Below are positions 24,925 to 38,599 of a DNA stretch of 64,000 nucleotides, piece after piece (the stretch's first letter is position 1; each line of letters opens with the position of its first letter). Under the pieces are notes generated by a model that was given only the letters and a program-made list of their open reading frames with translations, did no database searches and was not told the origin of the DNA. The position numbers were made by a program, and so were the translations under genes. Source of the DNA: Heptranchias perlo (Eukaryota); assembly GCF_035084215.1 (NCBI RefSeq), contig NC_090363.1:5208001-5272000 (forward strand), in the 5' to 3' direction.

Positions 24925-25830
24925 CAGGAACAGGAGGAGGCCATTCAGCCCCTCGAGCCTGTTCTGCCATTCAATTAGAACATGCCCCTCAACTTTATTT
25001 ACTTGCCTTTGATCCATAATCCCTTGATACCCCTACCTAACAAAAATCTATCAATCTCAGTCTTGAAAATTTCAATTGACCCCCAGCCTCAACAGCCTTT
25101 TGGGGGAGGGAATTCTAGATTTCCACTACCCTTTTGTGTGAAAAAGCACCTCCTGATTTCACTCCTAGCTCTAATTTTAAGATTGTGCCCCTTTGTTCTG
25201 GATTCTCCCATTAGAGGAAATAGTTTCTCTGTATCTACTCCATCAAATCCCTTTAAAACTTAATAAAATACTGGTGAATCTGTGTTATACCTTCTTTAAT
25301 ATCTACCCTGACGTTTTGTGCCCAAAACTGAGCACAGTACAACAGATTTTTTTTTAAAAATTCATTCTGGGGATGTGGGTGCTGCTGGTAAGGCCAGCAT
25401 TTATTGCCCACCTCTAGTTGCCCTTGAGAAGATGCTGGGTCTGATCAAGGCTGTCTGCAACTGAAGCATCACTTCCTCACCTTTTATATTCCAACCCCCT
25501 TGAGATCAAGGCCCAACATTCCATTAACCTTTTTTAATTACTTTTTCTACCTGTGCGCTAGCTTTTAATGGTTTGTGTACATGGACTCCTAAATCTCCTT
25601 GCTCTTCTACAGCCCATGGTCTTCCACCATTAACAAAATATTGCAATTTTTCTTTCTCAGATCCAAAGTGGATGACCTCAAAGTTTTCCACATTGAACTC
25701 CATTTGTCATGGTTTTTCCCTCTTAGTCTGTCTACTTCCCATTGTGACTTCCTGCTTTCATCTACACAATTTACTGTGCCTCCTAACTTAGCGTTATCTG
25801 CAAACTTGGATATACAACTCTATTCCTTCA
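24925..25830 (-). mobile_element. Degenerate CR1
   Basis: CR1 3' motifs and RT C-terminal remnants. Confidence 0.75.
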
Positions 25831-25982
25831 TCCAAGTTTTATATATATATATATATATAGCTCTAGAACAGATCCATGACTCTCTTTGATCAGCTCAGTC
25901 ACTCTCTCTCTCTCTCTCTCTCTCTCTCATGATAGATTGCAGTAACTTCCCCAGAACTGATGTTAAACTGATAGGTCTGTAC

Positions 25983-26019
25983 TCACCTGACGAAGGAGAT
26001 AATCTCCGAAAGCTTGTGA
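25983..26019 (+). ncRNA. Minimal hammerhead ribozyme motif in a Penelope LTR fragment (about 25980-26070)
   Basis: tcac-CTGACGA-A-ggaga(taa)tctcc-GAA-AGCT-T-gtga. The same fragment follows the GIY-YIG ORF at 51445. Confidence 0.75.
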
Positions 26020-27545
26020 TTTTCAAATAAAACTGTTGGACTATAACCTGGTGTTGTAAGATTCCTTACATTCATCCCTTCTTAAATAGCAGAATGACAT
26101 TTGCAATTTTCCAATCCAAAGACACAATTCCTGAATTGAGAGAACTTTGGAAAATTCTGACTAACGAAGCTGCAAGTTCCTCACCTAGAATCATAGAATC
26201 GTTACAGCACAGAAGGAGGCCATTCAGCCCATGCCGGCAATCCAGTTGGTCCCATTCCCCCACTCTTTCCCCGTATCGCTTCAAATTTTTTTCCATCAAA
26301 TATTTATCCAATTCCTTTTTGAAAGCCACAGTTGAAGCTGCATTCAGCACCCTTTCAGACAATGCATTTCTTTTACTACTCTGGGGTGGAAACCATCTGG
26401 TCCTGGAGATTTGCCCTGGTTATTACTATTTTCTTACTTATATTAAATCCATTAAGTTCTTTCTCCTTGATGTTTATTTAGGTTCCCTTGTGCCACTATA
26501 GTATTTTGTCCTCTTCCTCCATTGTGAAATGTAAGGAGTCATTTGTAAAATCACAAACTGTTGGACTATAACCTGGTGTTGTAAGACTCCTTACATTTGT
26601 CCACCCCAGTCCATCACCGGCATCTCCACTACATTGTGAAATACAAAGTGTTCATTTAACAAGTCTGCCATTTTTTTTGTCCTTTCTAATCTCGCCTGCT
26701 TCTATCTTTAATGATCCTACATTCCTTTATAGCGTTACTCTTAATATACTAGCTTTGATTTGTCTTGCAAGTTTTTTTTTTAATAGTCCCTTTTTGCACC
26801 TCTTATTACTTTCAAAATCCCAATGAAAGGCCTACATCCATAATGCAGGAAACCAAAGAAGTTGAATATCGGAGAAAAGATTACACAAGTCAGGCGGTGA
26901 TTATGTGACACCAAGTTTAGGGGTTGAGGCCCAGATTTTCTGCTTCAATATTCTGAGCGCACACTGTGGGTGCATTTAGGGAAATTTCACACTCCCATCT
27001 GGTTATTTCCTGACCAAGACTGGGAGTGCGGAATTTCCTGTTATTTACACTTAGGGGCTAATTTTAACTTTTGCCGATGGTCAATGGAAAGGTAAAAGGT
27101 AAAATGGAGAGGTGTATAATGAGAGGCTGATCTGATAAGGCCCATTTTACACTATCACCAAAAGTTACAATTACCCCCTCAGTGTGTATCAGGGGTACCG
27201 AAGCAGCAAATCCCACCCTATCAGTCTGTAGAAGGAAATTGAGACAGGAATAGGTGAGGAGATTCAGTTCTGAGGTCCTACAAGCTAATGAGTTAGAGCA
27301 TGAGGTGGTGTGACGAGTGTTGGTTTCAAGACTGAATATTGATAAAGACAGTTTATACTGAGTACAGTTATTTCCTTTGAGGGTCTGTGCTGCTCTCAAA
27401 GAAGCCTTTCCGTCTCACTTTTTATATTCAAGTAGATCGCTTCAGCTTTCTAAGCACCAAACCAATGGAGGGCCCTTCCCTGGTGTTTCAGTGCATACAT
27501 CATGTGCAACAACAATTTGCATTTATATAGCAACTTTTAATGTAG

Positions 27546-30500
27546 TTATTGCCCATCCCTAATTGCCCTCGAGTAGGTGGTGGTGAGCCGCCTTCTTGAA
27601 CCGCTGCAGTCCGTGTGGTGAAGGTTCTCTCACAGTGCTGTTCGGAAGGGAGTTCCAGGATTTTGACCCAGCGACAATGAAGGAACGGCGATATATTTCC
27701 AAGTCGGGATGGTGTGTGACTTGGAGGGGAATGTGCAGGTGGTGTTGTTCCCATGCGCCTGCTGCCCTTGTCCTTCTAGGTGGTAGAGGTCGCGGGTTTG
27801 GGAGGTGCTGTCGAAGAAGCCTTGGCGAGTTGCTGCAGTGCATCCTGTGGATGGTGCACACTGCAGCCACAGTGCGCCGGTGGTGAAGGGAGTGAATGTT
27901 TAGGGTGGTGGATGGGGTGCCAATCAAGCGGGCTGCTTTATCTTGGATGGTGTCGAGCTTCTTGAGTGTTATTGGAGCTGCACTCATCCAGGCAAGTGGA
28001 GAGTATTCCATCACACTCCTGACTTGTGCCTTGTAGATGGTGGAAAGGCTTTGGGGAGTCAGGAGGTGAGTCACTCGCCACAGAATACCCAGCCTCTGAC
28101 CTGCTCTTGTAGCCACAGTATTTATATGGCTGGTCCAGTTAAGTTTCTGGTCAATGGTGACCCCCAGGATGTTGATGGTGGGGATTCGGCAATGGTAATG
28201 CCGTTGAATGTCAAGGGGAGGTGGTTAGACTCTCTCTTGTTGGAGATGGTCATTGCCTGGCACTTATCTGGCGCGAATGTTACTTGCCACTTATGAGCCC
28301 AAGCCTGGATGTTGTCCAGGTCTTGCTGCATGCAGGCTCGGACTGCTTCATTATCTGAGGGGTTGCGAATGGAACTGAACATTGTGCAGTCATCAGCGAA
28401 CATCCCCATTTCTGACCTTATGATGGAGGGAAGGTCATTGATGAAGCAGCTGAAGATGGTTGGGCCTAGGACACTGCCCTGAGGAACTCCTGCAGCAATG
28501 TCCTGGGGCTGAGATGATTGGCCTCCAACAACCACTACCATCTTCCTTTGTGCTAGGTATGACTCCAGCCACTGGAGAGTTTTCCCCCTGATTCCCATTG
28601 ACTTCAATTTTACTAGGGCTCCTTGGTGCCACACTCGGTCAAATGCTGCCTTGATGTCAAGGGCAGTCACTCTCACCTCACCTCTGGAATTCAGCTCTTT
28701 TGTCCATGTTTGGACCAAGGCTGTAATGAGGTCTGGAGCCGAGTGGTCCTGGCGGAACCCAAACTGAGCATCGGTGAGCAGGTTGTTGGTGAGTAAGTGC
28801 CACTTGATAGCACTGTCGACGACACCTTCCATCACTTTGCTGATGATTGAGAGTAGACTGATGGGGCGGTAATTGGCCGGATTGGATTTGTCCTGCTTTT
28901 TGTGGACAGGACATACCTGGGCAATTTTCCACATTGTCGAGTGGATGCCAGTGTTGTAGCTGTAATGGAACAACTTGGCTAGAGGCGCAGCTAGTTCTGG
29001 AGCACAAGTCTTCAGCACTACAGCCGGGATGTTGTCGGGGCCCATAGCCTTTGCTGTATCCAGTGCACTCAGCCGTTTCTTGATATCACGTGGAGTGAAT
29101 CGAATTGGCCGAAGACTGGCTTCTGTGATGGTGGGGATATCGGGAGGAGGCTGATGGATTATCCACTCGGCACTTCTGGCTGAAGATGGTTGCAAACGCT
29201 TCAGCCTTGTCTTTTGCACTCACATGCTGGACTCCGCCATCATTGAGAATGGGGATGTTTGCAGAGCCTCCTCCTCCCGTTAGTTGTTTAATTGTCCACC
29301 ACCATTCACGACTGGATGTGGCAGGACTGCAGAGCTTTGATCTGATCCGTTGGTTGTGGAATCGCTTAGCTCTGTCTATAGCATGTTGCTTCCGCTGTTT
29401 AGCATGCATGTAGTCTTGAGTTGTAGCTTCACCAGGTTGGCACCTCATTTTTAGGTACGCCTGGTGCTGCTCCTGGCATGCTCTTCTACACTCCTCATTG
29501 AACCAGGGTTGATCCCCTGGCTTGTTGGGAATGGTAGAGTGAGGAATATGCCGGGCATGAGGTTACAGATTGTGCTGGAATACAATTCTGCTGCTGCTGA
29601 TGGCCCACAGCGCCTCATGGATGCCCAGTTTTGAGCTACTAGATCTGTTCTGAATCTATCCCATTTCGCACGGTGGTAGTGCCACACAACACGTTGGATG
29701 GTATCCTCAGTGCGAAGACGGGACTTCATCTCCACGAGGACTGTGCGGTGGTCACTCCTACCAATACTGTCATGGACAGATGCATTTGCGACAGGTGGAT
29801 TGGTGAGGACAAGTAAGTTTTTCCCTTGTGTTGGTTCGCTCACCACCTGCCGCAGGCCCAGTCTCGCGGATATGTCCTTCAGGACTCGGCCAGCAGTGGT
29901 GCTACCGAGCCACTCTTGGTGATGGACATTGAAGTCCCCCACCCAGAGTACATTCTGTGCCCTTGCTACCCTCAGTGCTTCCATCCAAGTGGTGCTCAAC
30001 ATGGAGGAGGACTGATTCATCAGCTGAGGGAGGGTGGTAGGTGGTAATCAGCAGGAGGTTGCCTTGCCCATGTTTGACCTGATGCCATGAGATTTCATGG
30101 GGTCCAGAGTCAATGTTGAGGACTCCTGACTGTATACCACTGTACCGCCACCTCTGGTGGGTCAGGACATACCCAGGGATGGTGATGGAAGAGTCTGGGA
30201 CGTTGGCTGAAAGCTATGATTCTGTGAGTATGGCGATGTCAGGCTGTTGCTTGACTAGTCTGTGGGACAGCTCTCCCAATTTTGGCACAAGTCCCCAGAT
30301 GTTTTGCCGTTGTCGTGTCCGGTGCCTCGTGGTCCGTCCGGTTTTATTCTTATGACTTTTCGTAGCGAGATTTTACAACTGAGTGGCTTGCTAGGCCATT
30401 TCAGAGGGCAATTAAGAATCAACCACATTGCTGTGGGTCTGGAGTCACATATAGGCCAGACTGGGTAAGGATGGCAGGCTTCCTTCCCTAAAGGACATTA

Positions 30501-30672
30501 GTGAACCAGATGGGTTTTTACGACAATCCGGTAGTTTCATGGCCATCATTACTGATTAATTAATTGAATTTAAATTCACCAGCTGCCGTGGCGGGATTTG
30601 AACTCGTGACTCTGGATTTTAGTCCAGGCCTCTGGATTACTAGCCCAGTAACATAACCACTATGCTACCGTA
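27546..30672 (-). mobile_element. Near full-length LINE family A (tRNA-like head, AP endonuclease, RT), frameshifted
   Basis: Endonuclease motifs (VGDFNVHH, SDH), RT ORF 28122-29219, 3' end at 27546, A/B boxes at 30594-30667. Confidence 0.92.
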
Positions 30673-30677
30673 CCCCT

Positions 30678-30780
30678 GGAGCATCAGCCTAGATTATGTG
30701 CTCAAGTCTCTAGAGTGGGACATGAACCCACAACCTTCTGACCAGGGGTGAGAGTGCTCCCCACTGAGCCAGGGCTGATA
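30678..30780 (-). mobile_element. tRNA-derived SINE head (Deu/SacSINE1-like)
   Basis: Minus strand TGGCTCAGTGGGAGCACTCTC..GGGTTCATGTCCCACTC, matching 45600-45680. Confidence 0.7.
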
Positions 30781-30909
30781 CAAGATTCAGCTATATTGTG
30801 TGAGGACTGAGGTATGAGGAAATATGGAAGGAAACAAAATAGTTTTCATGATCAGCTTGAAACCAAACAGCAAAGTTTGTCCCACTGGCTGGAGTTTTTC
30901 TTTGTGTTC

Positions 30910-31000
30910 CAATGGCTGGAGTGCATCCTGGATCATCACAATAAAATTATAATTTGACACTGTTATTTGTTTTTTGATTTGTTTAAAAAAAAGAAAAAAA
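30910..31000 (+). mobile_element. Tx1/L1-like 3' end, short
   Basis: GGCTGGAGTGCATCCTGGAT..AATAAAATT..TTTGACAC and an A-tail, homologous to 24565-24870. Confidence 0.6.
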
Positions 31001-31227
31001 CTTTGTCCCACTATCGAGCTGCAATAATATGCTAATGAAGGATGGACAATGCGACGATTCCCATTCGCCGAATCAAGAATTTGGAATGTTTAGCGTGTCC
31101 TCGTGTAATTAAGACCAATTAGAAACAAAAGTAACAGAATTAACCAATGAAAAACCACTGCGTGCCTATCCTTCGAAAAGGTATAAAAGCGGAGGATACC
31201 GGTAGCGTTGGCTTATTGTCATTGTGA

Positions 31228-31632
<405 letters not shown>

Positions 31633-31662
31633 AACAAACAATTCACTGAAACAAACCACAAA

Positions 31663-31678
31663 GGCTCTTTTAAGAGCC
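31663..31678 (+). terminator. Histone 3' stem-loop
   Basis: GGCTCTTTTAAGAGCC. Confidence 0.93.
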
Positions 31679-32269
31679 ACTCAACTCACTTTCCAGAGAG
31701 GCTCATCCAGATTGTTTCGTACACTCCGGAGATTGTTCTCAAAAGCCATCTTAAACCTTCCATCTCTTTCAAGGACGTCTGCATTTCAGATAAAATATTG
31801 GATTTGTACCAGTTACGAATTTAAAGGAGAAAAGGTGCTGAGAAATGGGTGGTTGACTCGTAGCCAACAGTTAGCAAACACGCTGGTTCGTCAGATTCAA
31901 CTGGTGTACAGGACACTTGGGCTTTGCAATTAATGTCATTAAAAGTTGTTATTTTAATTAGCCGTCTCAATTCTTTATAGCGTCTACATGGACTTTTTGG
32001 TGAATACCTTTATCTCTAGCTTTAAACTAAGCTATAAAATTTAGGCAAGATACTATAATTTTGAAGTCAATCATGATTTTTTACGGGATTGATTCATTGA
32101 AACAATATTTCTCGAAAGAGACGATAAACACTATCCATTGATGTTACAATGAAGGGCAGGAGGTCTGGGAAGGCAGCCGGACCGAGGGGGGAATTATGAA
32201 GAGTTGACCGGGTTTGTGACCAGAGAGGAAAAAAAACAAACTGTCGTTTCCCACCAAAACATGTCACCC

Positions 32270-35200
32270 TGCAAAGTCCTCCTCCACCAACATCTGGGGA
32301 CTTGTGCCAAAATTGGCAGAGCTGTCCCACAGACTAGTAAAGCAACAGCCTAACATAACCATGCTCACAGAATCATACCTTTCAGCCAAGGCCCCAGACT
32401 CTTCCATCACCATCCCTGGGTATGTCCTGTCCCACCGGCAGGACAGACCCACCAGAGGTGGCGGTACAGTGATATACAGTCAGGAGGGAGTGGCCCTGGG
32501 AGTCCTCAACATTGACTCTGGACCCCATGAAATCTCATGGGATCAGGTCAAACCTGGGCAAGGAAACCGCCTGCTGATTACCACCTACCGTCCTCCCTCA
32601 GCTGATGAATCAGTCCTCCTCCATGTTGAATACCACTTGGAGGAAGCACTGAGGGTAGCAAGGGCACAGAATGTACTCTGGGTGGGGGACTTCAATGTCC
32701 ATCACCAAGAGTGGCTCGGCAGCACCACTACTGACCGAGCTGGCCGAGTCCTGAAGGACATAGCTGCCAGATTGGGCCTGCAGCAGGTGGTGAGCGAACC
32801 AACACGACGGGAAAAACTTATTTCATCTCGTGCTCACCAGTCTACCTGTCGCAGATGCATCTGTCCATGACAGTATTGGTAGGAGTGACCACCGCGCAGT
32901 CCTTGTGGAGACGCAGTCCCATCTTCGCACTGAGGATACCATCCAACGTGTTGTGTGGCACTATCACCGTGCTAAATGGGATAGATTCAGAACAGATCTA
33001 GCAGCTCAAAACTGGGCATCCATGAGGTGCTGTAGGCCATCAGCAGCAGCAGAATTGTATTCCAGCACAATCTGTAACCTCATGGCCTGGCATATTCCTC
33101 ACTCTACCATTCCCAACAAGCCAGGGGTTCAACCCTGGCTCAATGAGGAGTGTAGAAGAGCATGCCAGGAGCAGCACCAGGCGTACCTAAAAATGAGGTG
33201 CCAACCTGGTGAAGCTACAACTCAAGACTACATGCATGCTAAACAGCGGCAGCAACATGCCATAGAGCAAAGCGATTCCACAACCAACGGATCAGATCAA
33301 AGCTCTGCAGTCCTGCCACATCCAGTCGTGAATGGTGCTGGACAATTAAACAACTAACGGGAGGAGGAGGCTCTGTAAACATCCCCATCCTCGTTGATGG
33401 TGGAGTCCAGCACGTGAGTGCAAAAGACAAGGCTGAAGCGTTTGCAACCATCTTCAGCCAGAAGTGCCGAGTGGATGATCCATCTCGGCCTCCTCCCAAT
33501 ATCCCCACCATCACAGAAGCCAGTCTTCGGCCAATTCGATTCACTCCACGTGATATCAAGAAACGGCTGAGTGCACTGGATACAGCAAAGGCTATGGGCC
33601 CCAACAACATCCCGGCTGTAGTGCTGAAGACTTGTGCTCCAGAACTAGCTGCACCTCTAGCCAAGCTGTTCCAGTACAGCTACGACACTGGCATCTACCC
33701 GACACTGTGGAAAATTGTCCAGGTATGTCCTGTCCACAAAAAGCAGGACAAATCTAATCCGGCCAATTACCGCCCCATCAGCCTACTCTCAATCATCAGC
33801 AAAGTGATGGAAGGTGTCGTCGACAGTGCTATCAAGCAGCACTTACTCACCAATAACCTACTCACCGATGCTCAGTTTGGGTTCCGCCAGGACCACTCAG
33901 CTCCAGACCTCATTACAGCCTTGGTCCAAACATGGGCAAAAGAGCTGAATTCCAGAGGTGAGGTGAGAGTGACTGCCCTTGACATCAAGGCAGCATTTGA
34001 CAGAGTGTGGCACCAAGGAGCCCCAGTAAAATTGAAGCCAGTGGGAATCAGGGGGATAACTCTCGAGTGGCTGGATTTATACCTAGCACAAAGGAAGATG
34101 GTAGTGGTTGTTGGAGGTCAATCATCTCAGTCCCAGGACATTGTTGCAGGAGTTCCTCAAGGCAGTGTCCTAGGCCCAACCATCTTCAGCTGCTTCATCA
34201 ATGACCTTCCCTCCATCATAAGGTCAGAAATGGGGATGTTTGCTGATGATTGCACAGCGTTCAGTTCCATTCGCAATCCCTCAAATAATGAAGCAGTCCG
34301 AGCCCGCATGCAGCAAGACCTGGACAACATCCAGGCTTGGGCTGATAAGTGGCAAGTAACATTCGTGCCAGACAAGTGCCAGGCAATGACCATCTCCAAC
34401 AAGAGAGAGACTAACCACCTCCCCTTGACATTCAACAGCATTACCATCGGCAAATCCCCCACCATCAACATCCTGGGGGTCACCATTGACCAGAAACTTA
34501 ACTGGACCAGCCACTTAAATACTGTGGCTACAAGAGCAGGTCAGAGGCTGGGTATTCTGCGGTGAATGACTCACCTCCTGACTCCCCAAAGCCTTTCCAC
34601 CATCTACAAGGCACAAGTCATAGAGTCATAGTTATACAGCACGGATAGAGGCCCTTCGGCCCATCGTGTCCGCGCCGGCCATCAAGCCCTGTCTAATCTA
34701 ATCCCATATTCCAGCATTTGGTCCGTAGCCTTGTATGCTATGGCATTTCAAGTGCTCATCCAAATGCTTCTTGAATGTTGTGAGGGTTCCTGCCTCCACA
34801 ACCTTTTCAGGCAGTGAGTTCCAGACTCCAACCACCCTCTGGGTGAAAAAGTTCTTTCTCAAATCCCCTCTAAACCTCCCGCCTTTTACCTTGAATCTAT
34901 GCCCCCTTGTTATAGAACCCTCAACGAAGGGAAAATGCTCCTTAGTATCCATCCTATCTGTGCCCCTCATAATTTTGTACACCTCAATCATGTCCCCCCT
35001 CAGCCTCCTCTGCTCCAAGGAAAACAAACCCAATCTTCCCAGTCTCTCTTCATAGCTGAAGCGCTCCAGCCCTGGTAACATCCTGGTGAATCTCCTCTGC
35101 ACCCTCTCCAAAGCGATCACATCCTTCCTGTAGTGTGGCGACCAGAACTGCACACAGTACTCCGGCTGTGGCCTAACCAGTGTTTTATACAGCTCCATCA

Positions 35201-36740
35201 TAACCTCCTTGCTCCTATATTCTATGCCTCGGCTAATAAAGGCAAGTATCCCATATGCCTTCTTTACCACCTTATCTACCTGTTCCGCCGCCTTCAGGGA
35301 TCTGTGAACTTGCACACCAAGATCCCTCTGACCCTCTGTCTTGCCTAGGGTCCTCCCATTCATTGTGTATTTCCTTGCCTTGTTAGTCCCTCCAAAGTGC
35401 ATCACCTCGCACTTTTCCGGGTTAAATTCCATTTGCCACTGTTCCGCCCATCTGACCAACCCATCTATATCGTCCTGCAGACTGAGGCTATCCTCCTCGC
35501 TATTTACCACCCTACCAATTTTTGTATCATCAGCGAACTTACTGATCATACCTTTTACATTCATATCCAAGTTGTTAATGTAGACCACAAACAGCAAGGG
35601 ACCCAGCACCGATCCCTGTGGTACCCCACTGGCCACAGGCTTCCAGTCACAAAAACAACCTTCGACCATCACCCTCTGCCTTCTGCCACTAAGCCAGTTT
35701 TGTATCCAAAGTGCCAAGGCACCCTGGATTCCATGGGCTCGTACCTTCTTGACCAGTCTCCTGTGCGGGACTTTATCGAAGGCCTTACTGAAATCCATGT
35801 ATACCACATCCACTGTGTTACCCTCATCCACACGCCTCGTCACCCCCTCAAAAAATTCAATCAAATTAGTCAGACATGATCTTCCCTTGACAAAGCTATG
35901 TTGACTATCCCTGATTAATCCTTGCTTCTCCAAGTGGAGACTACTTTTGTCCTTCAGAATTTTTTCCAATAATTTTCCTACCACTGATGTTAGGCTCACT
36001 GGCCTGTAGTTCCCCGGTTTTTCCCTACTCCCCTTCTTGAATAATGGTACTACATTAGCGGTTCTCCAGTCCTCTGGCACATCCCCTGTGGCCAGAGAGG
36101 TTCTGAATATATGTGTTAGAGCCCCCGCAATCTCCTCCTTTGCCTCACACAGTAGCCTGGGATACATTTCGTCCGGGCCTGGGGATTTATCCATTTTTAG
36201 GCCTGCTAAAACCGCCAATAGTCAGGAGTGTGATGGAATACTCTCCACTTGCCTGGATGAGTGCAGCTCCAACAACACTCAAGAAGCTCAACACCATCCA
36301 GGACAAAGCAGCCCGCTTGATTGGCACCCCATCCACCACCCTAAACTTTCACTCCCTTCCCGACCGGCACACAGTGGCTGCAGTGTGTACCATCCACAGG
36401 ATGCACTGCAGCAACTCGCCAAGGCTTCGCCAACAGCACCTCCCAAACCCGCGACCTCTACCACCTAGAAGGACAAGGGCTGCAGGCACATGGGAACAAC
36501 ACCACCTGCACGTTCCCCTCCAAGTCACACACCATCCCGACTTGGAAATATATCCCCGTTCCTTCATCATCGCTGGGTCAAAATCCTGTAACTCCCTTCC
36601 TAACAGCACTGTGGGAGAACCTTCACCACACGGACTGCAGCGGTTCAAGAAGGCGGCTCACCACCACCTTCTCAAGGGCAATTAGGGATGGGCAATAAAT
36701 TCCGGCCTCGCCAGCGACGCCCACATCCCATGAATGAATT
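32270..36740 (+). mobile_element. LINE family A (endonuclease and RT) interrupted by a nested CR1
   Basis: ORFs 32304-32870 (EN) and 33414-34565 (RT). The element resumes at 36220 and runs to the family 3' end near 36735. Confidence 0.93.
34621..36219 (-). mobile_element. Young 5'-truncated CR1 with an uninterrupted 506-aa RT reading frame
   Basis: KSPGPD, NYRPVSLTS, DFSKAFD, PQGSVLGP, KFADD, EQRRLRGD. Flanked by an AGTCA duplication (34616-34620 and 36220-36224). Confidence 0.96.
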
Positions 36741-36849
36741 TTAAAAAACGATGTTCAAAGATGGAGTTTATTGCAGTCTTCCATTGATTTCCATCAGCAA
36801 AACAAATTTCCAGAGGCAGTGTAGCCACACGGAAGATGACCTTGCACAA

Positions 36850-37050
36850 ATATCTGGAAAAACTCAGCAAGTGAGGTAGCACATGTGGAGAAAGAAAGAA
36901 TTAATGTTTCAGGTCGATGACCTTTCGATAATTCGACCTTTTGAATCGTTAACTTTCTTTCTCCACAGGTGCTGCTTCACTTGCTGAGCTTTTCCAGCAC
37001 TTTCTGTTTCGTATTTCGGATTTCCCGCATCCGCAGTATTTTGCTTTTGC
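36850..37050. repeat. Inverted pair of short Penelope-LTR-like repeats
   Basis: Homologous to 54440-54655, 60420-60578 and 62085-62175. Confidence 0.6.
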
Positions 37051-37321
37051 CCAAATCTCTGGTGGGTTCTGACTCCCAGCTTCACTCATAAACAGCACAA
37101 GATATCGAACCGCGGGCGCTGTTTAATAGTTTACTGCCTCTTAATATAAAATATAAGGGCCTACTGTTGTCAAATTTCCCTTATCAGCATTTTAGCTGCA
37201 ATTATGAAGATTTTAGCATTATAATTTGAGGATATTAGGGTTAGTGACGGTTTCAAACCGTTAGCTCGCTCTTCTGCCAGATTTGAAAATTCAAATCTCG
37301 CGCCGCCTAACGGCACTGTTG

Positions 37322-37490
37322 TGACGTCATGATTGAATTTGCATAAAGGGATTGAAAAAATGCCAGCGTCATCCAATCAGAACGTGGAATTTCAACCAAT
37401 GAACACGACGCTGTCTGACGCATGCGCGGGAGGGATTTGTAATTGGCGGGAAGGGTGGGGCCCGGTTCACCGCCACAATGTCTTTAAATT
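37322..37490. promoter_or_regulatory. Orphan histone-type promoter motif cluster
   Basis: TGACGTCA at 37322, ATTTGCAT at 37337, CCAAT at 37373 and 37396, TGACGCATGCGC at 37416. Confidence 0.5.
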
Positions 37491-37740
37491 TAGAGGTGAC
37501 CTATTGATAAGGCGGCAAACTGCATCAATTAATGCTTACAGTAAACAATTAGGCTAAAGGCCAGGATTATATATAGAAAAAACACCAAGGGATTGAACAA
37601 TAAAAGGCTCTTTTTTAAGTAATGCATTTTCGTAATCACAATTTCGACGATATTCGAGTAGCTACACCGTTCTTGTCGGAACACAGATCCCCGCTGTCCA
37701 GTGTTCAATAATTCCCGTTTCTTTTTCAATCCCGGGCGAA

Positions 37741-37990
37741 TTCTTTTTTTTTTCTTACGTACAAAAAACCCAAAGAAAAACCAAAACCAAGTGTCAAACT
37801 AAGATTTTATTATTTTTATCCAGGATGCACTCCAGCCCCTGCGGTGCCCACCGGTCCCGGAAAGCCTCAAGCGTTCCGGCAGACGCCGCGTGCTCCCTCT
37901 CCAGGGCCACCCGGGCGCGGAGAATTCCGCGGAAGAGAGGCAGACAGTCCGAGCGACCGCCCCCACCGGCCGCACCCAGCCTGGACCCGG
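37741..37990 (-). mobile_element. Tx1/L1-like 3' end
   Basis: Near-identical to 24700-24870 (DCLPLFRGILRARVALEREH..). A-tail near 37741-37755. Confidence 0.65.
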
Positions 37991-38599
37991 GCGAATTCTA
38001 ATTCCAGCGCCAGGTCCCCGCCGGCTGCTTTGTGTCACGTGTTGTTTTCTTGAAAATTGGCAGCAGGAACGACCTTGCTGGGACCCCAGAGGTGTCGGTA
38101 AAATCCGGTGCCTGGCACCATAACCAATTTCCCAAACACAATATTTGTGCAAACGACCTCAATGTTAATGCATTTTGTGCTGTAACACATTTCCCCAGAT
38201 ACCAAGCCAGACTGACTGACGAAACTTCTAAACTGATAAGAAGGTTTGTACAGGGGAATCGCGGTAACACCCACTGTTATAATGATATCCTGATGGTATT
38301 TGTTAAAAATATATATTTGGAATTATATTGAAACGTCATTTAAGAGAAATCGGACGTCAGTTTTAAGGGGCAAAGCACTTGGCACTTTCAATCCTTCATT
38401 ATACTGTACTTAAGATAATTGGCAAAAAAGCCAGAGGGGAGATGTGGAGACATTTTTTCTCGCAGCGAGTTGTTATGATCTGGAGTTTCGTGTCATCCGC
38501 AAACTTTGAAATTATACCCTGTATACCCAAGTCCAGCTCATTAATATATATCAAAAAGAGCAGTGGTCCTAATACTGACCCCTGTGAAACACCACTGTA

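Noticed and set aside
24618-24970. GC-rich repeated segment as a small protamine gene or structured ncRNA
   Set aside because: One minus frame reads as a retrotransposon ORF2 C-terminus followed by an A-rich tail, and there is no promoter or stem-loop.
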